From: Candidatus Peribacteria bacterium
GTDB lineage: Bacteria > Patescibacteriota > Gracilibacteria > Peribacterales > Peribacteraceae
DNA: 64,000 nt
Direction of reading: 5' to 3'
Assembly (NCBI GenBank): GCA_041691135.1
Contig: JBEPVF010000001.1
Span: forward strand, 1-64,000
The notes under the pieces are model-generated. The model was not told where the DNA came from. It ran no database searches and saw only the letters and a program-made list of their open reading frames with translations. The translations under genes and the position numbers were made by a program. How positions within the stretch are numbered: position 1 is the stretch's first letter; each line of letters begins with the position of its first letter. Of this stretch, positions 1 to 7,976 are shown piece after piece.

Positions 1-347
1 TCGGCATCATGAACATCATGCTCGTGTCCGTCACCGAACGAACGCGCGAGATCGGCTTGCGCAAAGCGGTGGGTGCGACGCGCAGAAATATCCTCTTTCA
101 GTTCCTGTTCGAGTCGATTTTGCTCACGGTCATCGGCGGCCTCATCGGTATGGCTGGCGGCGTTGCATTGGCCTATCTGGCAGCTCTGATTGTCACGAAA
201 CTTCTGTCGACGTACGTCTTTGCCATTTCGCTTCCCGCCATGATAGTCGCATTCATTATGGCTGTGCTGACCGGCCTTGTCTTCGGCGTTTCGCCGGCTC
301 GTCGCGCGGCGTCACTGCATCCGATGGAAGCGTTGCGGTATGAATAG
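1..347 (+). CDS. MacB/FtsX-family ABC transporter permease (5'-truncated by window edge)
   Basis: GIMNIMLVSVTERTREIGLRKAVGA motif and C-terminal P.EALRYE. Confidence 0.92.
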   Translation, partial: GIMNIMLVSVTERTREIGLRKAVGATRRNILFQFLFESILLTVIGGLIGMAGGVALAYLAALIVTKLLSTYVFAISLPAMIVAFIMAVLTGLVFGVSPARRAASLHPMEALRYE

Positions 348-376
348 TATGTATCGATCATCCTCTCTGTAATTTC

Positions 377-1591
377 ATGTTACTTCACGACACTGTTACA
401 ACGGCCATTCGCGGCATCACGGTCAATAAGACCCGATCGATGCTCACCATGCTCGGCATCATCATCGGTGTCGGCTCGGTGGTGCTGATGGTGTCGATGG
501 GACGCAGTTTCCAGAACTACATCCTGACACAGATCGCGTCGATCGGAACCAACACGATGGATATCGCGCCGGTAGGTCTGCAGAAATTCGGCGGCAACTT
601 GGAGTCGCTCACGTTCGACGACTTCGATGCGGTTAAAAAACTTTCCACTGTCGAAAATGTGACACCGATTATCCTGGTCGGAAAGCCGGTGAAGTTCGGC
701 AAAGATGAAACGTCGCCGATGGTGATGGGAACCACCGAGCAGATTTTTCCGAACTATGCGCTCAAGCTCGATCATGGTCGTTTGCTGGACCAGAGTGATG
801 TGGATGGAGCCAAACACGTCGTGGTCTTGGGTGGAAAAACAGCTACGGATCTGTTCGGCAATGTGGAGCCGGTCGGTCAACGGGTGACTATCGGCGAAAT
901 ACCGTTTCAGGTAATCGGCGTACTGCAAACACAGGGCTCGGCGCTCCTCTCCAGTCTGGATACGCCGGTCTACATTCCGTTCAACACGGCCAAACAGATG
1001 ACCGCTCAAAACTACCTTACCTTCATGACACTCAAGACAGTGGGGGATGCATCGGTTGCCAAGCAGGATGTGACCGAACTGCTGCGTCAGCGCCACAAGA
1101 TTAAAAATCCCGAGAACGATCCGGACAAAGACGACTTCATCGCCCGCAGTGCAGAGCAAGTGACGAGCATCGTGGGATCGGTCACATTGGGTCTGACAAT
1201 TTTCCTCTCGCTGGTAGCAGCGATCTCTCTGCTCGTCGGCGGCATCGGCATCATGAACATCATGCTCGTGTCCGTCACCGAACGAACGCGCGAGATCGGT
1301 CTGCGCAAAGCAGTCGGTGCTCGTCGTCAGGATATTTTGCTGCAGTTCCTGCTCGAAGCAGTTTCCCTCACGTTAGCCGGCGGCATTATCGGTATTCTCG
1401 GCGGCCTCAGCGTCGGCTGGGTGCTGTCGCGCATCGCTTCAAAAGTCCTGGGCACCTTCGCCTTCGCCGTCTCGATTCCTTCCATTCTGCTGGCCGTAGG
1501 GATGGCTATGGGCATCGGTTTGGTCTTCGGTATTTACCCGGCCAAGCGTGCCGCCGAGTTGAGTCCGATGGAAGCGTTGCGGTATGAATAG
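377..1591 (+). CDS. MacB/FtsX-family ABC transporter permease
   Basis: RSMLTMLGIIIGVGSVV N-terminus, periplasmic domain, NIMLVSVTERTREIG motif. Confidence 0.95.
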   Translation: MLLHDTVTTAIRGITVNKTRSMLTMLGIIIGVGSVVLMVSMGRSFQNYILTQIASIGTNTMDIAPVGLQKFGGNLESLTFDDFDAVKKLSTVENVTPIILVGKPVKFGKDETSPMVMGTTEQIFPNYALKLDHGRLLDQSDVDGAKHVVVLGGKTATDLFGNVEPVGQRVTIGEIPFQVIGVLQTQGSALLSSLDTPVYIPFNTAKQMTAQNYLTFMTLKTVGDASVAKQDVTELLRQRHKIKNPENDPDKDDFIARSAEQVTSIVGSVTLGLTIFLSLVAAISLLVGGIGIMNIMLVSVTERTREIGLRKAVGARRQDILLQFLLEAVSLTLAGGIIGILGGLSVGWVLSRIASKVLGTFAFAVSIPSILLAVGMAMGIGLVFGIYPAKRAAELSPMEALRYE

Positions 1592-1599
1592 CCACTAAT

Positions 1600-2145
1600 C
1601 TACGACAAAATCGCAAGCATCTCGTCAACGATTGCCTCGGGAGTTTTGTTATCCGTTTGAATCACAAATGATGTGCCTGATTCCAATTGGAACGGTGTCG
1701 GATCGATCATCTGTTCTTCGATCAAATCCAAAAACTTCTGATCATCAGCTTCATCCCGTCCGCGTGCAATCGCTCTGGTATGCCTTAGTATTTTGCTCGT
1801 TTCCAACCAGAACATCACGATCTTATTGTCATGCTTTTTCGTTGCTTCCACTACGGCATCCAGTTCCTGCTGATTCCATATAAGACCGTCGATGATAATA
1901 TTTTGGCATTTTTCTTCGATAAACGTGTTCATCACTGCCAGACTATTTTTCAATTTCACGCGACCGATCTTCGCCCTTCCTTCCTCAATCTGCATGTCGA
2001 AGGGTTTGATGCGAAATAAGTCATCGGCTCCAAAAATGGCGACATCGTCTAGTTTATCCCTCAATAGCTGCGCGCAGGTTGTTTTGCCTGAGCCGCCAAA
2101 GCCACTGATCAGAATGATTCTTTGCATAGGTTTAAGAAAAGCCAT
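1600..2145 (-). CDS. P-loop nucleoside/nucleotide kinase-like (AAA family) protein
   Basis: IILISGFGGSGKTT Walker A, IIIDG Walker B-like, RAIARGR lid. Confidence 0.75.
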   Translation of the reverse strand: MAFLKPMQRIILISGFGGSGKTTCAQLLRDKLDDVAIFGADDLFRIKPFDMQIEEGRAKIGRVKLKNSLAVMNTFIEEKCQNIIIDGLIWNQQELDAVVEATKKHDNKIVMFWLETSKILRHTRAIARGRDEADDQKFLDLIEEQMIDPTPFQLESGTSFVIQTDNKTPEAIVDEMLAILS

Positions 2146-2168
2146 AGTAAATGCCCATTCTCAATACA

Positions 2169-2197
2169 TTGTACAGTAGAGCATTTTCCCATAAAAT
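2169..2197 (+). promoter_or_regulatory. sigma70-type promoter of the host tRNA-Tyr
   Basis: TTGTAC-17 bp-TAAAAT, 38 bp upstream of the tRNA 5' end. Confidence 0.55.
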
Positions 2198-2235
2198 CAC
2201 TTTAGTTGCAGGTCTGTGAGTGCTGTTCTTTATGT

Positions 2236-2307
2236 GGGTCGGTACCGAAGTGGTCAAACGGGCCTGACTGTAAATCAGGTGGCTTACGCCTTCGCTGGTT
2301 CGAGCCC
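2236..2307 (+). pseudogene. 5' part of the host tRNA-Tyr(GTA), split by island A (B arm of attL-A)
   Basis: GGGTCGG acceptor 5' strand, D arm, CCTGA-CTGTAAA-TCAGG anticodon arm, variable arm, GCTGG-TTCGAGC, then non-tRNA sequence; the missing 3' strand is at 18154-18169. Confidence 0.95.
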
Positions 2308-2332
2308 TTCCCAAACTAGTTCGACAAAGACG
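2283..2332. other. attL of island A (crossover dinucleotide CC at 2306-2307)
   Basis: AAACTAGTTCGACAAAGACG (2313-2332) is an 18/20 inverted repeat of 18129-18148; both lie 5 bp from a CC. Confidence 0.88.
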
Positions 2333-2448
2333 CGAGGCGAGAGGACATCAGAAGAGAAGTCTACGAGTTGAAATACCGTTACCCACAGTCACAATCAGTT
2401 CTTTCTCTCCATCGTTAAAACAGGTTAAAAAGCATTAGTTTTCATCAT

Positions 2449-2534
2449 GGGTCGGTAGCGAAGTGGTCAAACGCAGCAGACTGTAAATCTGCCGGCTTAC
2501 GCCTTCAAAGGTTCAAATCCTTTCCGGCCCACCA
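2449..2534 (+). tRNA. tRNA-Tyr(GTA), complete, element-encoded replacement copy
   Basis: Full cloverleaf: GGGTCGG/CCGGCCC acceptor, GCAGA-CTGTAAA-TCTGC, long variable arm, AAAGG-TTCAAAT-CCTTT, encoded ACCA. Confidence 0.97.
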
Positions 2535-2564
2535 GAATACATTTTAATCCTGATAATAACCTCT

Positions 2565-2729
2565 ATGGCAGACGAAATGACACCTCAGGAAGCCGAAGAG
2601 TTGTTTGTGAATCAAGCAGCCCATCTTTTGCTAGCACTGGCTGGCATCAAACATCTGCCCTCACCGAAGGCAAATCATCTTCAGATTGATGACGTTTTTC
2701 CTCCTGTCACACGAAAGAAATCCCGCTAA
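2565..2729 (+). CDS. small hypothetical protein (54 aa, MADEMTPQEAEELFVNQAAHLLL...)
   Basis: ORF read manually (below the track cutoff); first of a tight co-directional cluster. Confidence 0.5.
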   Translation: MADEMTPQEAEELFVNQAAHLLLALAGIKHLPSPKANHLQIDDVFPPVTRKKSR

Positions 2730-2732
2730 AAC

Positions 2733-2906
2733 ATGCCTCTTCGTAAGCCAACAATTAGGCCTGATGTTATCTATACCTATTCATCAGATAACGAGAAAAC
2801 TCAGCAATTGATGTTAGAAGTAGTAGAGTTGATTTTGTCTCAATCCGATAGGACTACAGATATACAAGCAATTCACCAAAACCAATGCCAAGAATTGCAA
2901 ACATAA
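2733..2906 (+). CDS. small hypothetical protein (57 aa, MPLRKPTIRPDVIYTYSSD...)
   Basis: ORF read manually, starts 3 bp after the previous stop. Confidence 0.45.
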   Translation: MPLRKPTIRPDVIYTYSSDNEKTQQLMLEVVELILSQSDRTTDIQAIHQNQCQELQT

Positions 2907-3652
2907 CTGATGGCGACGGCATTGTGCCTAGATGGCGAGGTTGGCCTATTCAGGCCTGGCAGGCTGACCGTTGTGAGTTTTGCTGTGAAGAAAATAAGAA
3001 GGGGTCGAGAAAAAGAAAATTGGAATACAACCGCTATAAGAAAATCGAGATTTACCGCTACGTGAAAAAGAAAGATAAAGAAAAATGTATTAAGTACATC
3101 GGAAAAGCCTTTGAGATTCAGCAGAAAAGCCCTGAAATAACGACTCAGCTTTTTCTTGCGATGCGAGGACGGATAACCTATTTCGATAGGACTAGTTGGT
3201 ATCGAAAAGTGAAATTCATCCCAGCAGCAGCAGTTGAACGGGCTTTAATGTCTGCCAATCAACACCTTTATTTCCATCCCTTCGTAGAAATAATTAAAAA
3301 GCGTGGGAGTTATTTCCTCATTCATATCTATGAAGTTGCCAATGTGCCAACCGAAGACATAAAGATAGAAATTGTTTTCTTGGCTGATACGTTGGACAAT
3401 CTTGGCCCAAAAGAAAACCATAGGAAAAACATCGAAAAAATTAAATCTATGATGGAAATAGCACGCAAAATAGATAAAGTATTTCCTTTATATGTAACAA
3501 CCGACCACACGACCAAGCCTGGACGTGTACGTATAAATACTCTGATAAGACGCAGCGAAAAATTCCTGACTTCGAAGGAAAAACGAGAGTTAAAAATGAA
3601 ACGCTATATAAAGAAGAGTTTTGATGATTTACCGCTAGATTGGATGCATTAA
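2885..3652 (+). CDS. uncharacterised island protein, homologous to 19793-20437
   Basis: 255-aa ORF; shares HP(F/I)V, G..FLIH.Y, K(I/V)EIV and P.Y(V/I)TT motifs with the island B protein. Confidence 0.75.
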   Translation: MPRIANITDGDGIVPRWRGWPIQAWQADRCEFCCEENKKGSRKRKLEYNRYKKIEIYRYVKKKDKEKCIKYIGKAFEIQQKSPEITTQLFLAMRGRITYFDRTSWYRKVKFIPAAAVERALMSANQHLYFHPFVEIIKKRGSYFLIHIYEVANVPTEDIKIEIVFLADTLDNLGPKENHRKNIEKIKSMMEIARKIDKVFPLYVTTDHTTKPGRVRINTLIRRSEKFLTSKEKRELKMKRYIKKSFDDLPLDWMH

Positions 3653-4278
3653 AAGATACGGGGATAATAGCGGCGTATATTTAACTGACAGATTCGTTCA
3701 AAAGGCTGTCTGCTTCCGATTTATGATTGATTCAACCTTCTTTGAAACCTTGCTTATGGCATTACTAAATATCCTTCAGGATTACAGTAGGCAATTGATG
3801 AATAGAATTATAGGCAGATAGAGACATATATTAACTGGTAAATTCATCAAATTTCTCAAAACTGCAAAAGTGCAAAAGTCTCTATATGAAGCCAATAAAC
3901 GCCCTACAAGGCCAGCGTTTTTTGGACAAGCCTCTGTGCCTGTTTAGAAAAATAAAAACTCAACGGCGACCCCAAAGAATGCGTCCACGACAAATCGAGT
4001 GTGTGAGATGGTCATGGCCAAGCGAATGATTTTAAAATCCTGAGTTGCAACGCGTGGTAACAGGGGTAAGCGTTCTAACTAGCCCTAGTGTTTTCTCTAG
4101 CCCTAGAGTTTCCACTTGGGCTGGTACGCAGATTTTCTTTATCTACCTACTGCTTAGTGGACTACATCGTACGATGGGGGGGGGTGCCATTCTACAATGG
4201 GGGCTGTCTTCGTTAATGTCGTTCCTATCAGAGGGGGTCTAAGTTGTAAGCCATGTAATCGAGGTCTATTGTCGGGAC

Positions 4279-4842
4279 ATGGATACGACACTCACGCCAT
4301 CTTGCAATGTAGGTCGTTCAGCCAACGTCTCTCTGGAAAGGATTCAGGAACGCAAAGAATTCATTATCGCCGCGTGTCTCGCTGGTCTGACCAAGGAAAG
4401 CATTCTTCGGCAAGTAAATTTACTTAGTGATGAAAAGCAATGGGGCAAACTCGGAAGTGTGCGAAGCATCGAACGCGCGATTGCTGGACACTTCAATGAG
4501 GAGAATAGAATGTCGCTTCCTGAACTTCAGTCCTATCAAGCTGGCTTGCGTGAAGCCGCTTTCGCGCAGCAGGAATTGCTAATTGAAAAAGCCGTGCTGC
4601 ATCTATATAAGACCAAAGAGTTTCAGCCCTTTGAATACATGCAGGAAATTCTTGGAATTTTTAGGATGATGCAGCGATTGGTTGAGAATCGAGGATGGAA
4701 TTATTCAAAACTGCCCGTGAAACGTATGGCGCAATGTGGATTCATCCCCCAGAGACGGCGGAACAAAGACGCATGGTCAGCTTGGAGTTGCCATATGGAA
4801 TATGAAAGAAAGCGAGAAGCTGAGGACACCTATAATGCATAA
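4279..4842 (+). CDS. HTH-containing hypothetical protein (terminase small subunit-like layout)
   Basis: RKEFIIAACLAGLTKESILRQVN...SVRSIERAI HTH-like segment followed by long helices. Confidence 0.5.
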   Translation: MDTTLTPSCNVGRSANVSLERIQERKEFIIAACLAGLTKESILRQVNLLSDEKQWGKLGSVRSIERAIAGHFNEENRMSLPELQSYQAGLREAAFAQQELLIEKAVLHLYKTKEFQPFEYMQEILGIFRMMQRLVENRGWNYSKLPVKRMAQCGFIPQRRRNKDAWSAWSCHMEYERKREAEDTYNA

Positions 4843-4919
4843 TAGGTGCGCCTTATTTTGCTTGTCCTGTAGCCAAAATGCTTGATTCTCCAGTGGAAAG
4901 ACACAAAAATAGGAGGTAA

Positions 4920-5177
4920 ATGGATACTTCAGGAGGCCAAATAAAACGGCCAGATTTGAACGTAGAAAAAATGCTGAAGTCACCACAGGAGATTGCCCTG
5001 CTTCAGCAAATTAGAGATTCCAACGATGCCATCAAGCATCTAGAAGCTGAGTATCTTTCCCTATTCAGGCAGGGGAAAATTGATGCCTGCGTGAAGAAGC
5101 ACAGGGGAATTGAGTTTGCTAAAAAATATATCAACGGACTCTGTGCGAAACATAAGAAACTCTACAGGCGACGGTAG
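4920..5177 (+). CDS. small basic helical hypothetical protein
   Basis: 85-aa ORF with a strong AGGAGGT RBS. Confidence 0.6.
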   Translation: MDTSGGQIKRPDLNVEKMLKSPQEIALLQQIRDSNDAIKHLEAEYLSLFRQGKIDACVKKHRGIEFAKKYINGLCAKHKKLYRRR

Positions 5178-5218
5178 ACCTATTATGCGTAATATGCCTT
5201 TCCCAATACTCCTAAAAT

Positions 5219-5986
5219 ATGACAAGTACCCCGACAGCAGAGGCATTAATCGGATACTCACGTATCTCAACTGATGGCCAACGAGACGGATATGGTATCA
5301 AAATTCAGGAGGAGAGAATCAATGCGTATGCCGAAGCGAAGGGTTTGCCCGTCATGCGTATGTTCAGAGACGAGGGCGTTAGCGGTTCCCTCAAAGACCG
5401 CCCTGCGCTGCTTCAGCTATTGAATTACATAGAAGAAAACAGGCACATGCAGCTGGGTGTTTGTTTCCTACGACTAGACCGCCTTTCGCGTTCCCTCGTC
5501 GTGTCCGAACAACTTATAGCTGATTTTCAGAAACGTGGAATTGCCGTTATCTCTCTAGAGGAACCTGACCTGTTATCCAACGAACCCAACCGCAAGTTAT
5601 TCAGACAATTTAAGGCCATGATGGCGGAGTACGAAAAGGAGATGATTACAGCCCGCATGAGTGCAGGTCGCTTGAAGAAGGTAGAAAGCGGCGGCGGTTA
5701 CGCTGGAGGTCGAGTAGCTTTCGGTTTCAGGGCAAACGGGGACGATTACGTCCCTGTTCCCGAGGAAATTACTGTAGTACGTGAGATATTTAGACTCCGT
5801 AGGAAGCCTCGAAACGGGGAAAGGCTAGGGTATCTGCGCATCGCTAACATCTTGAACGAAAAATACGCTGCCATCCGTACGTTTAACCCTATGACCGTGA
5901 GATACATAGCAAACAACCCGTTTTATAAAGGATTTCAGGGCTATGGGGCTGTCAGTAGATACGATGCGCGGCTGAAAGTGGCCTGA
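5219..5986 (+). CDS. serine recombinase (catalytic plus short recombinase domain, no zinc ribbon)
   Basis: GYSRISTDGQ catalytic Ser, DEGVSG..DRPAL, RLDRLSR, GGRVAFGF, NPFYKG. Confidence 0.93.
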   Translation: MTSTPTAEALIGYSRISTDGQRDGYGIKIQEERINAYAEAKGLPVMRMFRDEGVSGSLKDRPALLQLLNYIEENRHMQLGVCFLRLDRLSRSLVVSEQLIADFQKRGIAVISLEEPDLLSNEPNRKLFRQFKAMMAEYEKEMITARMSAGRLKKVESGGGYAGGRVAFGFRANGDDYVPVPEEITVVREIFRLRRKPRNGERLGYLRIANILNEKYAAIRTFNPMTVRYIANNPFYKGFQGYGAVSRYDARLKVA

Positions 5987-5989
5987 CCA

Positions 5990-6023
5990 AAGTATCAACT
6001 TAATTAAAACGAGGTTGATACTT
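5990..6023. terminator. hairpin between convergent genes
   Basis: AAGTATCAAC / GTTGATACTT 10-bp inverted repeat. Confidence 0.45.
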
Positions 6024-6062
6024 ATCTTTGAATAACCGCTTTACGAAGCGATATAAATGCTT

Positions 6063-6299
6063 TTACTTCTTTGTGAAGCTGAAAACGAATCCAACAAACC
6101 AATGCACGATATTGACGTAAAGCATGAAAATATCAGAGAAGATTGTTGGGCGAATCCGTATTGCGAGTACCGCTGCCAGAAACAAGAACAGGATGATTAT
6201 GATGCCTTTGATGGAAAATGACTGCTTTCTCATAAGTATGTCAACGTACCGCTTTCCTTCAGGATGCGCAAACTCTCTAGGGTCTAGGGGAGGAATCAT
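6063..6299 (-). CDS. small membrane protein
   Basis: 78 aa with two hydrophobic segments. Confidence 0.55.
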   Translation of the reverse strand: MIPPLDPREFAHPEGKRYVDILMRKQSFSIKGIIIILFLFLAAVLAIRIRPTIFSDIFMLYVNIVHWFVGFVFSFTKK

Positions 6300-6481
6300 A
6301 TAAAATACAACCGCAACCCGATACTCTTTATAAATGCGTGCCTGTCATTATTGGCATTCCTACGTCGTAAGGGGCAACCCTGCGCGGCCGTAGGACATGC
6401 CTTCAGGCATCGAGTACGGGTTGCCCGCCTGGGTTGTCCCTTTGGACTTGAAGGTGGTTTTATCCCCTTCATCTCTTTTTT

Positions 6482-7783
6482 ATGGATTTGGCTTATTTGA
6501 TGCGAAAGTGCGCAATCACTTTTGTCGTCCTTACACTTCTGCCCCTCCATGCGGGCGCAGCCTCTTTGAGTGATATTGCTGGAGATGCACATCAAAACTC
6601 CATCGAATTCTTGCAACAGCGCGGCGTGATTAGTGGCTATCCCGATGGCACATTTCGCCCACAGCAAACTCTCAATAGAGGAGAACTCATGAAAATTCTG
6701 GTTGCAGGGCAAGGAATTGACCCCGACGCTACAACTTATCGCAATTGTTTCAGCGACATTGGCAACGAGTGGTATGCAAAATATGTTTGCTACGCCTTAG
6801 AGAAGAAATGGGTGTTGGGTTATCCCGATGGAACCTTTCGTCCAGAACAGACGGTGACAAGGGCTGAGGCAATAAAAATGCTTATCACCACCCAAGGGAT
6901 TCCTGTCTCCGATAGCGCGCGACAATTTGCTGATGTTATGCCCTATGAATGGTTCTGCAACTACGTGAACGCGGGTGCAGCCAAAGGACTGATTGACACG
7001 GCTAGCCCTTATTTTAATCCGAATGATGGCATGACGCGCAGTGATGTAAGTGAAAGTATTTTTCGTGCCATCGCCATGAAAGAGACGGGTAAGACAAAAT
7101 TCACTAACGACCTTCGTTCACAACTTTCCCTAATTGCAGATTCTTCCGCTTCCAGTACCAGCAGCCATGCGCAAAATAGCATTCCATCCTCCCCGTTGTA
7201 TAACAACACGACGAGTTCTTCATCAAGTTCTAGTCGGGTTCAGCAGAATTCACTTACTCAGAATACCCCCCAGCACTCAGGTATTCTAACGGTTCAACAC
7301 AAAAATACTAGTTATACCATTCCGTACGGCACCAAAAAAGGCCTCTTCGACGAAATGTTCTTCAGCGCAATGAACGGCGACGTCAAAGTCACATCCATTC
7401 CCTTGAAACTCTCTCTATCCATTAACAACGTGCCTCGCAGCTTTATCAATGCAACCTTTTATTTGGAAGTAGATGGGTCTGTCGTACAAACCATCGTGGT
7501 AGATGGTTCGACGTACAACAAGGAAATTACGTTCAGTGACCCTAGCGGCTTGTTCACCATCCCTGATGGTGGTCAGAAGGACGTGAAGTTCTACCTTGAT
7601 GCTATAATCGACAAAGAGAGTTGTGGTGCGGACAATATTGACGACAGCATGTTCCCGACCAAAGTGGGGACGGACGCTAGTGGGTTTGGCAACGAAGCCT
7701 CCGAATTTACTGCCACTTTTTCAAAAATCGAATTTGTGGGGAGTTCAGCGTGTGGGAGTGAATATAATTGGTGGGAAAACTAA
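6482..7783 (+). CDS. secreted S-layer homology (SLH) domain protein
   Basis: Signal peptide, GYPDGTFRP.Q.(L/V).R.E SLH repeats, Ser-rich linker, beta-rich C-terminal domain. Confidence 0.9.
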   Translation: MDLAYLMRKCAITFVVLTLLPLHAGAASLSDIAGDAHQNSIEFLQQRGVISGYPDGTFRPQQTLNRGELMKILVAGQGIDPDATTYRNCFSDIGNEWYAKYVCYALEKKWVLGYPDGTFRPEQTVTRAEAIKMLITTQGIPVSDSARQFADVMPYEWFCNYVNAGAAKGLIDTASPYFNPNDGMTRSDVSESIFRAIAMKETGKTKFTNDLRSQLSLIADSSASSTSSHAQNSIPSSPLYNNTTSSSSSSSRVQQNSLTQNTPQHSGILTVQHKNTSYTIPYGTKKGLFDEMFFSAMNGDVKVTSIPLKLSLSINNVPRSFINATFYLEVDGSVVQTIVVDGSTYNKEITFSDPSGLFTIPDGGQKDVKFYLDAIIDKESCGADNIDDSMFPTKVGTDASGFGNEASEFTATFSKIEFVGSSACGSEYNWWEN

Positions 7784-7976
7784 AATTGAATGTGAGGAGG
7801 TTTTCAGTGATTGAAGGCCTCCTTAGTTCTTGGCAAGCCCCACAAATGCCAATGTCGCGTAACTCTTGGCACAATACCTGATGATTGTGTGGCGACTTGC
7901 ACGTTTTCGGGGCAGTAAAATATGCGAGGAGAAGCAAACTTGGGTTTTGGTGCATTTCCTTATAGAATTCGCATAA

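Noticed and set aside
2236-2320. Second intact tRNA-Tyr or simple tandem duplication
   Set aside because: The 3' T-stem and acceptor strand are missing locally; the exact complement lies at 18154-18169, so it is a split gene.
2521-2534. Classic 3'-end target duplication between the intact tRNA (CCGGCCCACCA) and 18159-18169
   Set aside because: The distal copy is preceded by CCAGC, which pairs with the T-stem of the 2236 copy (GCTGG) and not the 2449 copy (AAAGG). The symmetric attP arms place the boundary at 2306-2307.
4077-6292. Invertible segment bounded by CTAGCCCTAG-like sites around the small recombinase
   Set aside because: The match at about 6270-6290 is short and gapped and lies inside a coding region, so chance cannot be excluded.
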